Assembly (NCBI GenBank): GCA_965662845.1
Contig: CBFIJD010000024.1
Location: 1-47,106 of the forward strand
Direction of reading: 5' to 3'
Length of the DNA stretch: 47,106 nucleotides
Source: an uncultured bacterium
GTDB taxonomy: Bacteria; SAR324; NAC60-12
Made by a program: the position numbers and the translations under genes. The stretch's first letter is position 1. Every line of letters begins with the position of its first letter. Positions 36,770 through 45,581 of this stretch are shown here, in pieces. A model generated the notes under the pieces. The model saw only the letters and a program-made list of their open reading frames with translations. It ran no database searches and had not been told where the DNA came from.

Positions 36770-38377
36770 ATGGCTCGATCCATCCCCGGCAGCATCCGCA
36801 ACAAAATCCTGATTGTCTTCTACTTCAGCTCTGTGCTGTCGCTGCTGGGATACATCCTGATTTATCTCCTCTCCCAGCAACAGGGACGCTTGATTGAAGA
36901 GAGCGCCCAAATCCCACCGGTGACTGAGGCGTGGTTTCGTTTGGACAACGGTGTGCAGCGCGCGGTCTCGTCGCAGCGCGAGTGGCTGCTGTCGGGCAAC
37001 ACCCTCTTCCGCGACACCCGCCTGCAAGCGTGGGACAAAGAAATTGAACCCGCGTTGCAGGAGCTGGATGAACTCTATAAAAAGTCGCGCCTGTGGGAAA
37101 ACGAGCGGCACGTAGAGGCCCGCACCTTCTATGACATTCGCCTGCTCCTGCGCAATCTCCGCGACTTGCAACAACAAGTAGACGCGCTGGCGTATAGTTC
37201 TCTGGCGCTCAACCACGCCGGATCTTATCGGCTGGAGAGCAACTGGCGCCTCGCCAATGACATCATGGTCAACCAGATGCTCCCGCTGCAACGCGACATC
37301 GAGACGACCATCCTCACGATTGTGCGCTGGCAATCAGACTTCGCACGCCAGAACACGCTACAAATCCGCAACGAGCTGCTGGACCTCAACATCCGTATTT
37401 TGTTTATCGCGCTCGCCGTGTTCTTGGTGGGATGGATCCTCTCCCGCCTACTCGGAGCACAAATCGCGAATGCCTTGATGGAGCTCCGCGACGCCGTCCG
37501 GCGGGTGAAAGACGAGCACTTCGACGGTCAAATTGACGTCGCGACCCACGACGAGATTGGCGAACTCGCCGAAGAGTTCCGCGAGATGTTGAGCACGATC
37601 CAGCAGCGCACCCAGCAGCTCCGCAGCTCCTTCCGTGAGTTAGAGCTTGTCACCAAAGCCAAGGGGGACTTCCTCACCAACATGTCGCACGAGCTGCGCA
37701 CTCCGCTCAACGCGATCATTGGCTTCGCCGACGCGCTGTTAGAAGACGACGAGGCGCCTATGTCTGACTATCAGCGAGATCGTCTGGAGCGCATCCGCGA
37801 CAGCGGACAGAAGCTGCTAGAGATGATCAACTCGCTGCTGGATTTGTCGCGGATCGAGGCCGGGAAGATGCAGCTGCACCTCACCGAGTTTGCGCCGCGT
37901 GATGTCGCCGAAGAAGTCTGCGCGCTGCTCGAGCCGCTCGTCCAGCGCAAGCGACTCCACAGCCACATTCAAGCGGAGCAGTTCACGTGTCAGAGTGACG
38001 CCCACAAAGTGCGGCAGATGCTGATCAACCTCATTGGCAACGCGATCAAATTCACGCCAGAGGGGGGCACCATCACGGTGCGCATCTCCTGTCAGCACGA
38101 GTGGTTTCAAATTGAAGTTGAAGACAACGGCATCGGAATTCCGCCGGAGCACCTAGAGAACATCTTCCAGACCTTCCGGCAGGTAGACAGCTCTGTCACA
38201 CGTTCTCATGCCGGCACTGGTCTAGGCTTGGCGCTGGTGGAGCGGATGACCCGCCTGCTCCAAGGGCGCGTGGAGGTGAAGAGCCAGCCCACGCAAGGCG
38301 CCTGCTTCACGCTCTATTTGCCGCTGCGACCAGAGCCGTCGACAATCTCGCCCCCGCAGCTACTGGTGACTTCATGA
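36770..38377 (+). CDS. Membrane sensor histidine kinase (2 TM, HAMP, HisKA, HATPase)
   Basis: DEIGELAEEF HAMP; intact H-box SHELRTPLNAIIG; NLIGNAIKFT, DNGIGI, F-box, GTGLGL. Confidence 0.93.
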   Translation: MARSIPGSIRNKILIVFYFSSVLSLLGYILIYLLSQQQGRLIEESAQIPPVTEAWFRLDNGVQRAVSSQREWLLSGNTLFRDTRLQAWDKEIEPALQELDELYKKSRLWENERHVEARTFYDIRLLLRNLRDLQQQVDALAYSSLALNHAGSYRLESNWRLANDIMVNQMLPLQRDIETTILTIVRWQSDFARQNTLQIRNELLDLNIRILFIALAVFLVGWILSRLLGAQIANALMELRDAVRRVKDEHFDGQIDVATHDEIGELAEEFREMLSTIQQRTQQLRSSFRELELVTKAKGDFLTNMSHELRTPLNAIIGFADALLEDDEAPMSDYQRDRLERIRDSGQKLLEMINSLLDLSRIEAGKMQLHLTEFAPRDVAEEVCALLEPLVQRKRLHSHIQAEQFTCQSDAHKVRQMLINLIGNAIKFTPEGGTITVRISCQHEWFQIEVEDNGIGIPPEHLENIFQTFRQVDSSVTRSHAGTGLGLALVERMTRLLQGRVEVKSQPTQGACFTLYLPLRPEPSTISPPQLLVTS

Positions 38378-38417
38378 GCCTGCCTGTGTCTGGCGCCTCG
38401 CTTGCTTTGGGGACACT

Positions 38418-41018
38418 TTGTTCTCTTCTCGCCTGAGTTCGCCTGTGCTCCGTATCCTGCTGCTTACCTTGTGTTGGGAAATGTGTGCTGTGGTCTCCGT
38501 TGTCGCGGCAGAGCCGCTGGTGCTGCGCACAGGAGAGGCGCCCGTCTTGTGGCCACATGTGGAGGTGTGGGAGCCCGCGAATCCGGATTCACGGCTGACC
38601 GACGCCCAATGGGCCCACGTGGAAGGGCAGTTCCGCCCCCTCGCACAGCCCACCCTCCCGCTGCGACCCGATCGGCCGGTTTGGCTACGCTGGAGCGTGC
38701 TCTCACGCCAGCAAGAGCAGCAGGGAGTCCTCACGCTGGGGTTGTCGCTGCCGCAGAGCGCACAGCTCTATGGGCCGGGGCAAGCGGAGCCGCTGTCGCG
38801 CGGCTTGCGGCACGCATCCACGGACTTCACGCAGATTTCTCCAGAGCTTAACTTCCAGCTGACCGCTCCTGCCAATCCGTCTCCTCAGACTTATTATCTG
38901 CGCCTAGAGAGCCAGTCGTGGCTCGTGCTCTCTCCAGAGTGGCTCACGACCCCCGAGTTCATACAGCGTCTCTTTGAGCGAGCGCTATGGATCCTCTGTG
39001 CCGTGGGAGTGTTGGTTGGGGGCACGTTCTTCTTGCTCTTCTATCGACGGCAGGCGCGGCTGTGGCTCTATGGGCTGCGAGTGACTTTTTTGGGCGTCGC
39101 TATTGTTGCGTTTCTGAGTTTTTACGGTGGCGTGGGGCTGGTGCCGGTGGCGTGGCAGCCGCTGGTTCTCAACGTGGGAACCCTCATGCTGGTGACGATG
39201 GGACAGCTGACACAGGCGGCGATCTACGACATGCGCGCGCGCCGTCCGCGCTGGTTTCGAGGATCTCTCTTATTGCTTGGAGGGCTCTGGGGCACCACGC
39301 TGTTCTGGCTCCTGCGCCCCTTGCCGGGGCTGCTCAATCTGCACGTCGGCCTCTCGTTCATTGCCTACGCTCACAACCTCGCGCTCTGCGTCTCGCATCT
39401 GCGAGAGAAGCCCAAAATCTCTAGGTTCAACCTGCCGTTCACTCTGCTTCCGTTGAGCTTTTGCAGTCTGCTGCTGCTGTCTCAGCTGAATGTGCTGCCC
39501 AGCTTCGCCAACGTAGCCACCCTCTTTTATCCGATCGCTGTGGTGATCGGGATGCAGTGGGTCTCGCTGACCGTGATGCGCTTGGGCGAGCAGCAGCTCC
39601 TCCGCTTTGAGATCGCCGCGCAGCAGACAGTGATCGCCCAACGCGCCCGCGCCCGCTTGCAAGAGAACCTGTTCGCGAACGTCCGCCCTGAGCTGCGTCA
39701 ACTCGGCTATGCCGGACAAGCGCAGCTGCAGCTGCACCAACACTCGCCCGCAGTCCCTGCCCATCGCGTCACGAGTGTGGTCAAGCAGCTCCAGCGCGTG
39801 ACGCGCTCTTTGGAGCACCTGAACTGGGTAGCGTTGGAGATGGACAAGCCGCTGCCCTCCCGGGTTTGTTCCTTCACTGCGGTCTTGGCAGAACCGTGGC
39901 AAATGGCTCAAGACCAACTCAAAGAGCACCAAACGCTGGAGGCGCAGCTGCCGCCCATCTTGCCCCTCATCGAAGTGCCGCCGATGCTGTTGAAGTGGGT
40001 GCTGCACGAACTCCTTGATAACGCCGTGCGGCACACGCAAGCGGGGCGCATCGTCCTCACTGCGAGCGCAAGAGAGGGGAAAGTTCACGTCCAACTGCGA
40101 GACTCGGGCTCCGGCTTGCCTTTCCAGTGGCACCCTCCTGAAGATTTCTACTTCAGCGCCTCAGCAGAGACAGGAAGGCTCGGGCTCGGGCTCACGACTA
40201 GCGCGCTCCTGTTGCAGAGGATTGGTGCGCGCTTGGAGGTTGACTCCCGGCCAGACGGAGTGGAGCTGCGCTTTGTGTTGTCGATGGCCAACAGCCAAAC
40301 GCTTCCCACGACAGCCCCTCAAGCCCAAGATCGACCGCAAGCGTGGGTGCTCTGTGAGCAGCAACAGCTCTTGACTTCTGCGTTTGAGACGAATCCTGCC
40401 TTCCAGCTATCGTGGCGTTCTTTCGCGTCGGCCTCTTCGCTGCTGGACGAGCTGGACGCACAGTCTCAGCCTCCTTTTGCCCTTGTGGTCGAGCAGCGTC
40501 TGCCGGAGACGCCGGCCTTGTTGCAAGCGTTACGACGCCGCGCGATGAAGCAGAACCTCACGCTGTTGCAGCTGGGTGGCTCTGCCGAGGCTTGGGTCAC
40601 CGAGCTGCTCCCGCAGCCGCTCGATAATTTTCGCTTGCACGCGACGTTGCGGCAGTGCTGGGAGCGGCATCAACTGTGGCAAGGACAGTCGGTGGAGCAA
40701 CAGGACCTGCGTGACGTCCGACGGCGCCTGCTGGTGGAGCTGCTGCAAGACTCGCTGCGCATTTGGCAAGAAGCCACAGGCACCGACAAGTTTGCGCTGC
40801 TGGAGGCCTGTCGCCTGTGGAAAATCTATGTCCATGTGCAGCAAGGCATTGTGCGAGCCCGCACTTTTGAAGCCTATCTTGATCTGAAGACCATCCCTGA
40901 GGTGCCGCGCTGGAGACAAGTGGCCAACACGGCGCTGTTTGTGGCCAAGCGATGTGCCCAGCATCCTGACAGCGGAGCGCTCGCGGCGCGCACTCAAGAC
41001 ATCATCCAACACTTTTGA
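38418..41018 (+). CDS. 7TM-DISM pseudo-histidine kinase/pseudo-receiver with C-terminal ChiS-like DNA-binding domain (copy 1)
   Basis: DISMED2-like VWLRW/YYLRLES; ~7 TMs; H-box LFANVRPELR (His to Pro); DNAVRH, DSGSG, GLGL; receiver LVVE; C-terminal W..ATG..K..L....LWKIY...RARTFEAYL...TIP..PRW..V..TA.FV; exact start uncertain. Confidence 0.75.
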   Translation: MFSSRLSSPVLRILLLTLCWEMCAVVSVVAAEPLVLRTGEAPVLWPHVEVWEPANPDSRLTDAQWAHVEGQFRPLAQPTLPLRPDRPVWLRWSVLSRQQEQQGVLTLGLSLPQSAQLYGPGQAEPLSRGLRHASTDFTQISPELNFQLTAPANPSPQTYYLRLESQSWLVLSPEWLTTPEFIQRLFERALWILCAVGVLVGGTFFLLFYRRQARLWLYGLRVTFLGVAIVAFLSFYGGVGLVPVAWQPLVLNVGTLMLVTMGQLTQAAIYDMRARRPRWFRGSLLLLGGLWGTTLFWLLRPLPGLLNLHVGLSFIAYAHNLALCVSHLREKPKISRFNLPFTLLPLSFCSLLLLSQLNVLPSFANVATLFYPIAVVIGMQWVSLTVMRLGEQQLLRFEIAAQQTVIAQRARARLQENLFANVRPELRQLGYAGQAQLQLHQHSPAVPAHRVTSVVKQLQRVTRSLEHLNWVALEMDKPLPSRVCSFTAVLAEPWQMAQDQLKEHQTLEAQLPPILPLIEVPPMLLKWVLHELLDNAVRHTQAGRIVLTASAREGKVHVQLRDSGSGLPFQWHPPEDFYFSASAETGRLGLGLTTSALLLQRIGARLEVDSRPDGVELRFVLSMANSQTLPTTAPQAQDRPQAWVLCEQQQLLTSAFETNPAFQLSWRSFASASSLLDELDAQSQPPFALVVEQRLPETPALLQALRRRAMKQNLTLLQLGGSAEAWVTELLPQPLDNFRLHATLRQCWERHQLWQGQSVEQQDLRDVRRRLLVELLQDSLRIWQEATGTDKFALLEACRLWKIYVHVQQGIVRARTFEAYLDLKTIPEVPRWRQVANTALFVAKRCAQHPDSGALAARTQDIIQHF

Positions 41019-41026
41019 GGCGGAAT

Positions 41027-43750
41027 ATGCGCGGGTGCAGCCAACGACGATGGATCCTCTGGTGGGTGTTGTGGTGCTGGGGCGGAGTCGTGTTCACGGC
41101 GCAAGCCGCCGAGCCGTGGGTCTGGAACGGAGAAGACGCCCAGACGCCAGCGGTTCAGCTCTCTCGGTGGGAAGCGCCGGTCGAAGTCACCGATTGGCGC
41201 CAAGCGGCGCGCGCGCATCGCGCGGGAGACTTCACGAAGATTTCTGGAGACTTGATGCGGGTGCCCACGCAGCGCAGTCTGTGGCTCCGCTTGGAGCTGG
41301 GCCCCACGGCTTCAGACAACCTGCGCCTAAATTTGATGCTGCAAAGTGTCGTGCGCGCTTCGATGACCTCCACCAGCCCTACTGGGCGGCCCTTGCTCAC
41401 TCAGCGGCGCGGCGACGACTCCGGCTCGACGCTCGCGCTCAACTTCCCCATGGTTTCCTTTGTTTTGCCGACGTCTGCGCAAGAGCCGACGCTTCATTGG
41501 CTGCGCATTGAAGACGGCAACCAACACAACTTCCGGCTGGAGCTGTCGACGTATTACGCTTGGCAGCTGGAGCTGCTACGGAAGCTCACCTGGCTAATGC
41601 TGCCCATGGGCGCGCTCCTAATTTTCGGGGTCTATTATCTGCTCTTGGGCCAATCTCTCACGTTGATGGAGGCGCTCTTTGGAGTATTTCTGCTCTTGAG
41701 CGTCGGGGGCCTGCTTGGTTGTGGCGGTGTGTTGCACGCTTGGTTGCCGACTACACTCGCGACGGTGCTCACCGCTCTGTTGGTGTTGCTCGTCTTGTGG
41801 ATGTCTACTTGGGTTTTGTTTGTCTTCTTGAAGACCCAAGCTGCGTTTGCAGCCCCCCCTTGGTTGATTGGCTTGATTCTCCTGATCGATCTGACGCTCG
41901 CGGGCATCACTGTCGCGGCTACGCAGGATTGGTTTCTTTGGACTTTTGGCTTGGCGACCCGAGGGTTCCTCGTCAATGGGATCTTTTTGATGTGGGCTGG
42001 CCTCTCTCGCAAGGACGCCGCTGTCGTCACGATGAGTGTCGGACAAGGCGTGATGGCCATCTCCTGCGTCTTGATCGTGCTGCACCTCGCTGGATTCTGG
42101 AGCGACTTTTTGACGCATTGGGCGCTGGAGAGCGTCCCTCCGGCATTCCTCTTAGCGCAAGTGTTCGTGACGTTTTATCTCTCCTTGCTGCGGCGCGAGC
42201 GTCTGCTCTCGGCTGAAATGACGTATGCTCAGCTCGAACAAGAACAGGGGCTCTATCGGCAGCAACGGCTGGGGTTGCTAGAGCGGATGGATCAAAGCTT
42301 GTTGCAAGTGCTGCGTGAGGTCCAAGCGGAGATCAAAGGCTGGGGAAAGCAGCAGGCGTTCAGCGCGCGCGAGCGCCGCTTGTGGTGGCAAAATGTGCAA
42401 ATCTTGGATGAGCTTACGCAGCGCATTGAGCAGCTGCTTGGAGTGACCAAGCAGCACGAGATCCCTGAACCAGAGCGGGTGATCTTTGAGGTGACACAGC
42501 TGCTGAACGAAACCATCGACGCAGTGTGGCCTTATCTGAGCCCACGGCAAGAGGTGGAAGTGCACACCACGCGAGATTTGCCGCCTGTGATCGGCGACAT
42601 CCGGGCGCTCCAGTTGGTGTTGATGACGCTGATTGACAATGCCCTGCGACATGCGCCGCAGGCTCCGATTGCGCTGCGAGCCAGCCTGATTCCGGAGGGA
42701 GTGCGGGTGGAAGTGCAAGATCAAGGGCCGGGCCTACCCAAAAAAATACAGCGCGCTTTGAACCGCCCCGTGCACGCGGCTGGGGAAGTCGAAGCCTCCT
42801 CCGAGCGGCTGGGACTCGGACTGGAGCTGTGCCGTCGGCTCCTTCACGCTCAAGATCTCTCCTTGCAGTATCGAGATCTTGAGCCCGGCGCCAGCCTCCG
42901 CTTTGTATTGCCCGTCTCCACCGCGCCCGTGCCCGCCTCTGCGCTGGACGACATCGCGGTGCCGCCAGAGCCGGAGTACGTTCCTGGCGAAGACACCATC
43001 CTGCTCTGGAGCGCTCACACTTGGCAGCAAGCCTTGCTGAAGAACCTCTTGCTCGACCGGCGACCCGAGCTGCGGGTTGTGAACACCGCTGAAGAAGGCT
43101 GGCGTGAGCTACAGCGCATGGAGGAACAAGAAGGATTGCCCGACCTGCTGCTGCTAGAAGAGTCCTTTGAAGGCCGGGGGCTAGAGCTGTGTGCCCACCT
43201 TCGCGCGCGCTGGCGTCCTTCGGAGCTACCCATCGTGATCTTGGGCGCCTCTGAAGTCTTGCTTGACGCCGAGGTTTACCTGCAAGCCGGCGCTGACGAC
43301 GTCTTGGCTCATCCGCTTACCCCCGACAAAGTCTCGCGTTTGCTCCAACGGCTGCTCGAGCTGAGCCGCCTGCGCAGGGGCAAAGTCCAGGCATCGACGC
43401 TGCGCACGACGCTGCCGCCACAGCAGGATCGACGCGTGGCAGTCTCTTGGTTGCTGCAAGAAGCTGTGCGTGTGTGGACAGAGACGCTGCAACGAGACCG
43501 GCTTGAGCTACTGCAAGAGTCGCGGCTGTGGAAGCTGCATTATGAAGCCGATCGCAAGCGCTGGCGGGCCCGCGTGTTCGAGCGGTATTTACAAGTCTCA
43601 ACACTTCCCCAGAATCCGCGCTGGAGAACGGTCTTACAAACCGTTGAATTTGTCCTGGCGGCCTGTGAAGAGCGCCCACACGCTGCCGAAGACGCGCAGC
43701 AACTGCGCAAACAGGCAGATCAGCTCCGCGCGCTCTGGGAGGGTGACTGA
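41027..43750 (+). CDS. 7TM-DISM pseudo-histidine kinase/pseudo-receiver with C-terminal ChiS-like DNA-binding domain (copy 2)
   Basis: LWLRLEL/HWLRIED; ~7 TMs; H-box LLERMDQSLL (no His); DNALRH, DQGPG, GLGL; receiver PDLLLLE; C-terminal W.ET..DR.EL..SRLWKL...RARVFERYL..STLPQNPRW..V..T..FVL. Confidence 0.78.
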   Translation: MRGCSQRRWILWWVLWCWGGVVFTAQAAEPWVWNGEDAQTPAVQLSRWEAPVEVTDWRQAARAHRAGDFTKISGDLMRVPTQRSLWLRLELGPTASDNLRLNLMLQSVVRASMTSTSPTGRPLLTQRRGDDSGSTLALNFPMVSFVLPTSAQEPTLHWLRIEDGNQHNFRLELSTYYAWQLELLRKLTWLMLPMGALLIFGVYYLLLGQSLTLMEALFGVFLLLSVGGLLGCGGVLHAWLPTTLATVLTALLVLLVLWMSTWVLFVFLKTQAAFAAPPWLIGLILLIDLTLAGITVAATQDWFLWTFGLATRGFLVNGIFLMWAGLSRKDAAVVTMSVGQGVMAISCVLIVLHLAGFWSDFLTHWALESVPPAFLLAQVFVTFYLSLLRRERLLSAEMTYAQLEQEQGLYRQQRLGLLERMDQSLLQVLREVQAEIKGWGKQQAFSARERRLWWQNVQILDELTQRIEQLLGVTKQHEIPEPERVIFEVTQLLNETIDAVWPYLSPRQEVEVHTTRDLPPVIGDIRALQLVLMTLIDNALRHAPQAPIALRASLIPEGVRVEVQDQGPGLPKKIQRALNRPVHAAGEVEASSERLGLGLELCRRLLHAQDLSLQYRDLEPGASLRFVLPVSTAPVPASALDDIAVPPEPEYVPGEDTILLWSAHTWQQALLKNLLLDRRPELRVVNTAEEGWRELQRMEEQEGLPDLLLLEESFEGRGLELCAHLRARWRPSELPIVILGASEVLLDAEVYLQAGADDVLAHPLTPDKVSRLLQRLLELSRLRRGKVQASTLRTTLPPQQDRRVAVSWLLQEAVRVWTETLQRDRLELLQESRLWKLHYEADRKRWRARVFERYLQVSTLPQNPRWRTVLQTVEFVLAACEERPHAAEDAQQLRKQADQLRALWEGD

Positions 43751-43806
43751 CGCCGGCCTGCACTCCAAGGAGGGGAAATGTCCCCGCCGCTGGGACAAAT
43801 TCCCCC

Positions 43807-43954
43807 AAACTTTCCCCAAGCCGCCCACAAACCTCTCATCTCTTGCTTCGCTAGATTTTGCCTGCTCTGTAGCCTAAATTTCCCCAAGCCACAGGTGCGT
43901 CGCTCCAGCCCTGATTTTGCCTCGCTTTCCGCCAAAAACTTTCCCCAAGCCGCC
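43807..43954. repeat. Three direct repeats of TTTCCCCAAGCC (~61-68 bp spacing), candidate operator array
   Basis: Cores at 43811, 43879, 43940; copies 1 and 3 share 19 bp AAACTTTCCCCAAGCCGCC; GATTTTGCCT precedes copies 2 and 3 (43854, 43913). Confidence 0.8.
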
Positions 43955-44078
43955 TAGTTCCACACTTGCGTTGTGGCCGCATCTAGCGTGAATTTGGTTA
44001 CATATCACAACGCGGCGCTAGTCTGAACCTCTTTGGGTGGGATGGCGGCGCCATGTTTCTCATGGGAGGTCGCCCTTG

Positions 44079-44510
44079 GTGGAGAACGATTATGAGATGG
44101 TGCGTGGAGACTGGTCTCTCGCGCTGGAGGAGCTCTTCGAACACGTCGTCAATCACCAAGACGGGATTGCGATCGTCAGCGCTTCCAGGGATGCGCAACC
44201 GCCATCTGGGCTGAAGTTTCGGTATACGGATCGTGTGGGACGCAAGGATCGGGAGCGGCTGCAATGGATGGATGGTCTGCGTTTTTTCGAGCTTACCCAG
44301 AGCATTAGTCAACGGTTGGAAGATCAACTTTTTGCCTCCTATGATGCGCATGTTCTCTTGGAGCGCGCCGTGTTGGTGTATCCAATTTTTCAACGGCTCG
44401 ACCACACGGCTCTGCTGATCTTTGAGTCCTCGCTGCCCTCATCTAGGCAAGTCGAGCTGCGGCAACAAATTCTCGCACGCCTCACGTCAACTTCGGAGAA
44501 ATCACCATGA
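44079..44510 (+). CDS. Hypothetical protein (possible small GAF-like fold)
   Basis: GGGAGG RBS at 44064-44069 before TTG/GTG (44076/44079); ATGA overlap with the next gene. Confidence 0.6.
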   Translation: MENDYEMVRGDWSLALEELFEHVVNHQDGIAIVSASRDAQPPSGLKFRYTDRVGRKDRERLQWMDGLRFFELTQSISQRLEDQLFASYDAHVLLERAVLVYPIFQRLDHTALLIFESSLPSSRQVELRQQILARLTSTSEKSP

Positions 44511-44752
44511 AACCTATGAAAGGGCGCGTGCTGCCGATTCGTTCTACCAAAACCAAACAGAGCCAGCCCACGCGCGCGGAGATCGAAGAGCAAGTCGCCG
44601 CCTATCTCAAACGTGGCGGCCAAATCAAACGTCTGCATGCCCAGCCGGATGGAGCCAAACTGCTAGCGGAAGTGAGTCCCCTGACAGACGTCAAAACCAG
44701 TGGCTTGACCGAGAACCATCTCTTTCAGTTGTCGGTCTCGCAGGAACTTTGA
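44507..44752 (+). CDS. Small protein with SutA-like RNA-polymerase-binding motif
   Basis: RAEIEEQVAAYLKRGGQIKRL resembles the SutA core helix/GG motif (R..LE....FL.RGGKI..I); GGAG RBS. Confidence 0.6.
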   Translation: MKPMKGRVLPIRSTKTKQSQPTRAEIEEQVAAYLKRGGQIKRLHAQPDGAKLLAEVSPLTDVKTSGLTENHLFQLSVSQEL

Positions 44753-44768
44753 ACGCGTGGAGACTCGT

Positions 44769-45080
44769 ATGCCAATGATCACGACGAAATCCTCTTGGGA
44801 ACAGCTGCGCCGCCCGCAGCTCTCCTCAAACATTCCCCCCCCAGAGCCGTTTCAGCGGCACGACTGGCTGTTTTCGCTTCGCAAGGAGCCCCGCATATTT
44901 TTGTTGTTTTGGGTAGGGCGACGCTCGCCAGAGCTGTTCGATCTGCTCTTGCGGTGGATTGGGCGACGGCGTGAAGAGCCACAGATTTGTTTGTTGTTTT
45001 GGTTGGGACGCTACGCGCCGTGGCTCTTTGAGCTGATCCTCGACTGGCGCCGACACTGGGCGCGTAGGCTCAAACGCTAA
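44769..45080 (+). CDS. Small Trp/Arg-rich protein with two 30-aa tandem repeats
   Basis: RKEPRIFLLFWVGRRSPELFDLLLRW / REEPQICLLFWLGRYAPWLFELILDW; many differences between the two 90-bp DNA copies are synonymous in this frame. Confidence 0.65.
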   Translation: MPMITTKSSWEQLRRPQLSSNIPPPEPFQRHDWLFSLRKEPRIFLLFWVGRRSPELFDLLLRWIGRRREEPQICLLFWLGRYAPWLFELILDWRRHWARRLKR

Positions 45081-45103
45081 TTTTGATCATACAGAGAGAC
45101 ACG

Positions 45104-45517
45104 ATGAGTGCGTTGCTGTTGTTGGAATCGGAGATCACGCTAGCACATACGCTCAAACTGACCTTGCAGGCGCACCAGTGGCAGGTGACGCGTGTGCAAG
45201 ATGGACTGAGCGCCTTCGCATTGGGGCTCACCGAAGTCTTTCGGGCTGCGATCCTTGACTTGGATGTCATTGATTTAGACGCCGTGCAGATGATTCAGCA
45301 GCTCCGGCTGCGTCGCCCCGCCTTGAAGGTGATTGCTACAAGTCGGCTCACCACACCTGAAGAACGGAGCAGCACCCTAGAGATGCGTGGGATGGCCTAC
45401 TTGCAAAAGACTAGTGTTCACGCCGACTTCTGTCAGCAGCTGCTGTGGCACTTGGGCCGAATCGCCCCGGTGCGCGACGCCCTTCCCCACGCGACGCCCT
45501 GCGTGATGGCGCGGTAA
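45104..45517 (+). CDS. Single-domain response regulator
   Basis: LLLLESE...AAILDLDVIDLD (phospho-Asp)...IATS...YLQK; paralog of the downstream receiver. Confidence 0.8.
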   Translation: MSALLLLESEITLAHTLKLTLQAHQWQVTRVQDGLSAFALGLTEVFRAAILDLDVIDLDAVQMIQQLRLRRPALKVIATSRLTTPEERSSTLEMRGMAYLQKTSVHADFCQQLLWHLGRIAPVRDALPHATPCVMAR

Positions 45518-45581
45518 GCATTCCTGTTGGTGCGGGGTCAGCGCGCGCCATCCTCAACCTTTTATTACTCGGAGAGAACTT

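Noticed and set aside
43807..43954. Mini-CRISPR interpretation of the triple repeat
   Set aside because: Conserved core is only 12-19 bp, non-palindromic and unevenly spaced; no cas genes
44913..44930. Fourth in-frame REP (GTAGGGCGACGCTCGCCA)
   Set aside because: Only a 5-bp stem, wrong length, no CTAC/GTAC end; explained by the protein repeat
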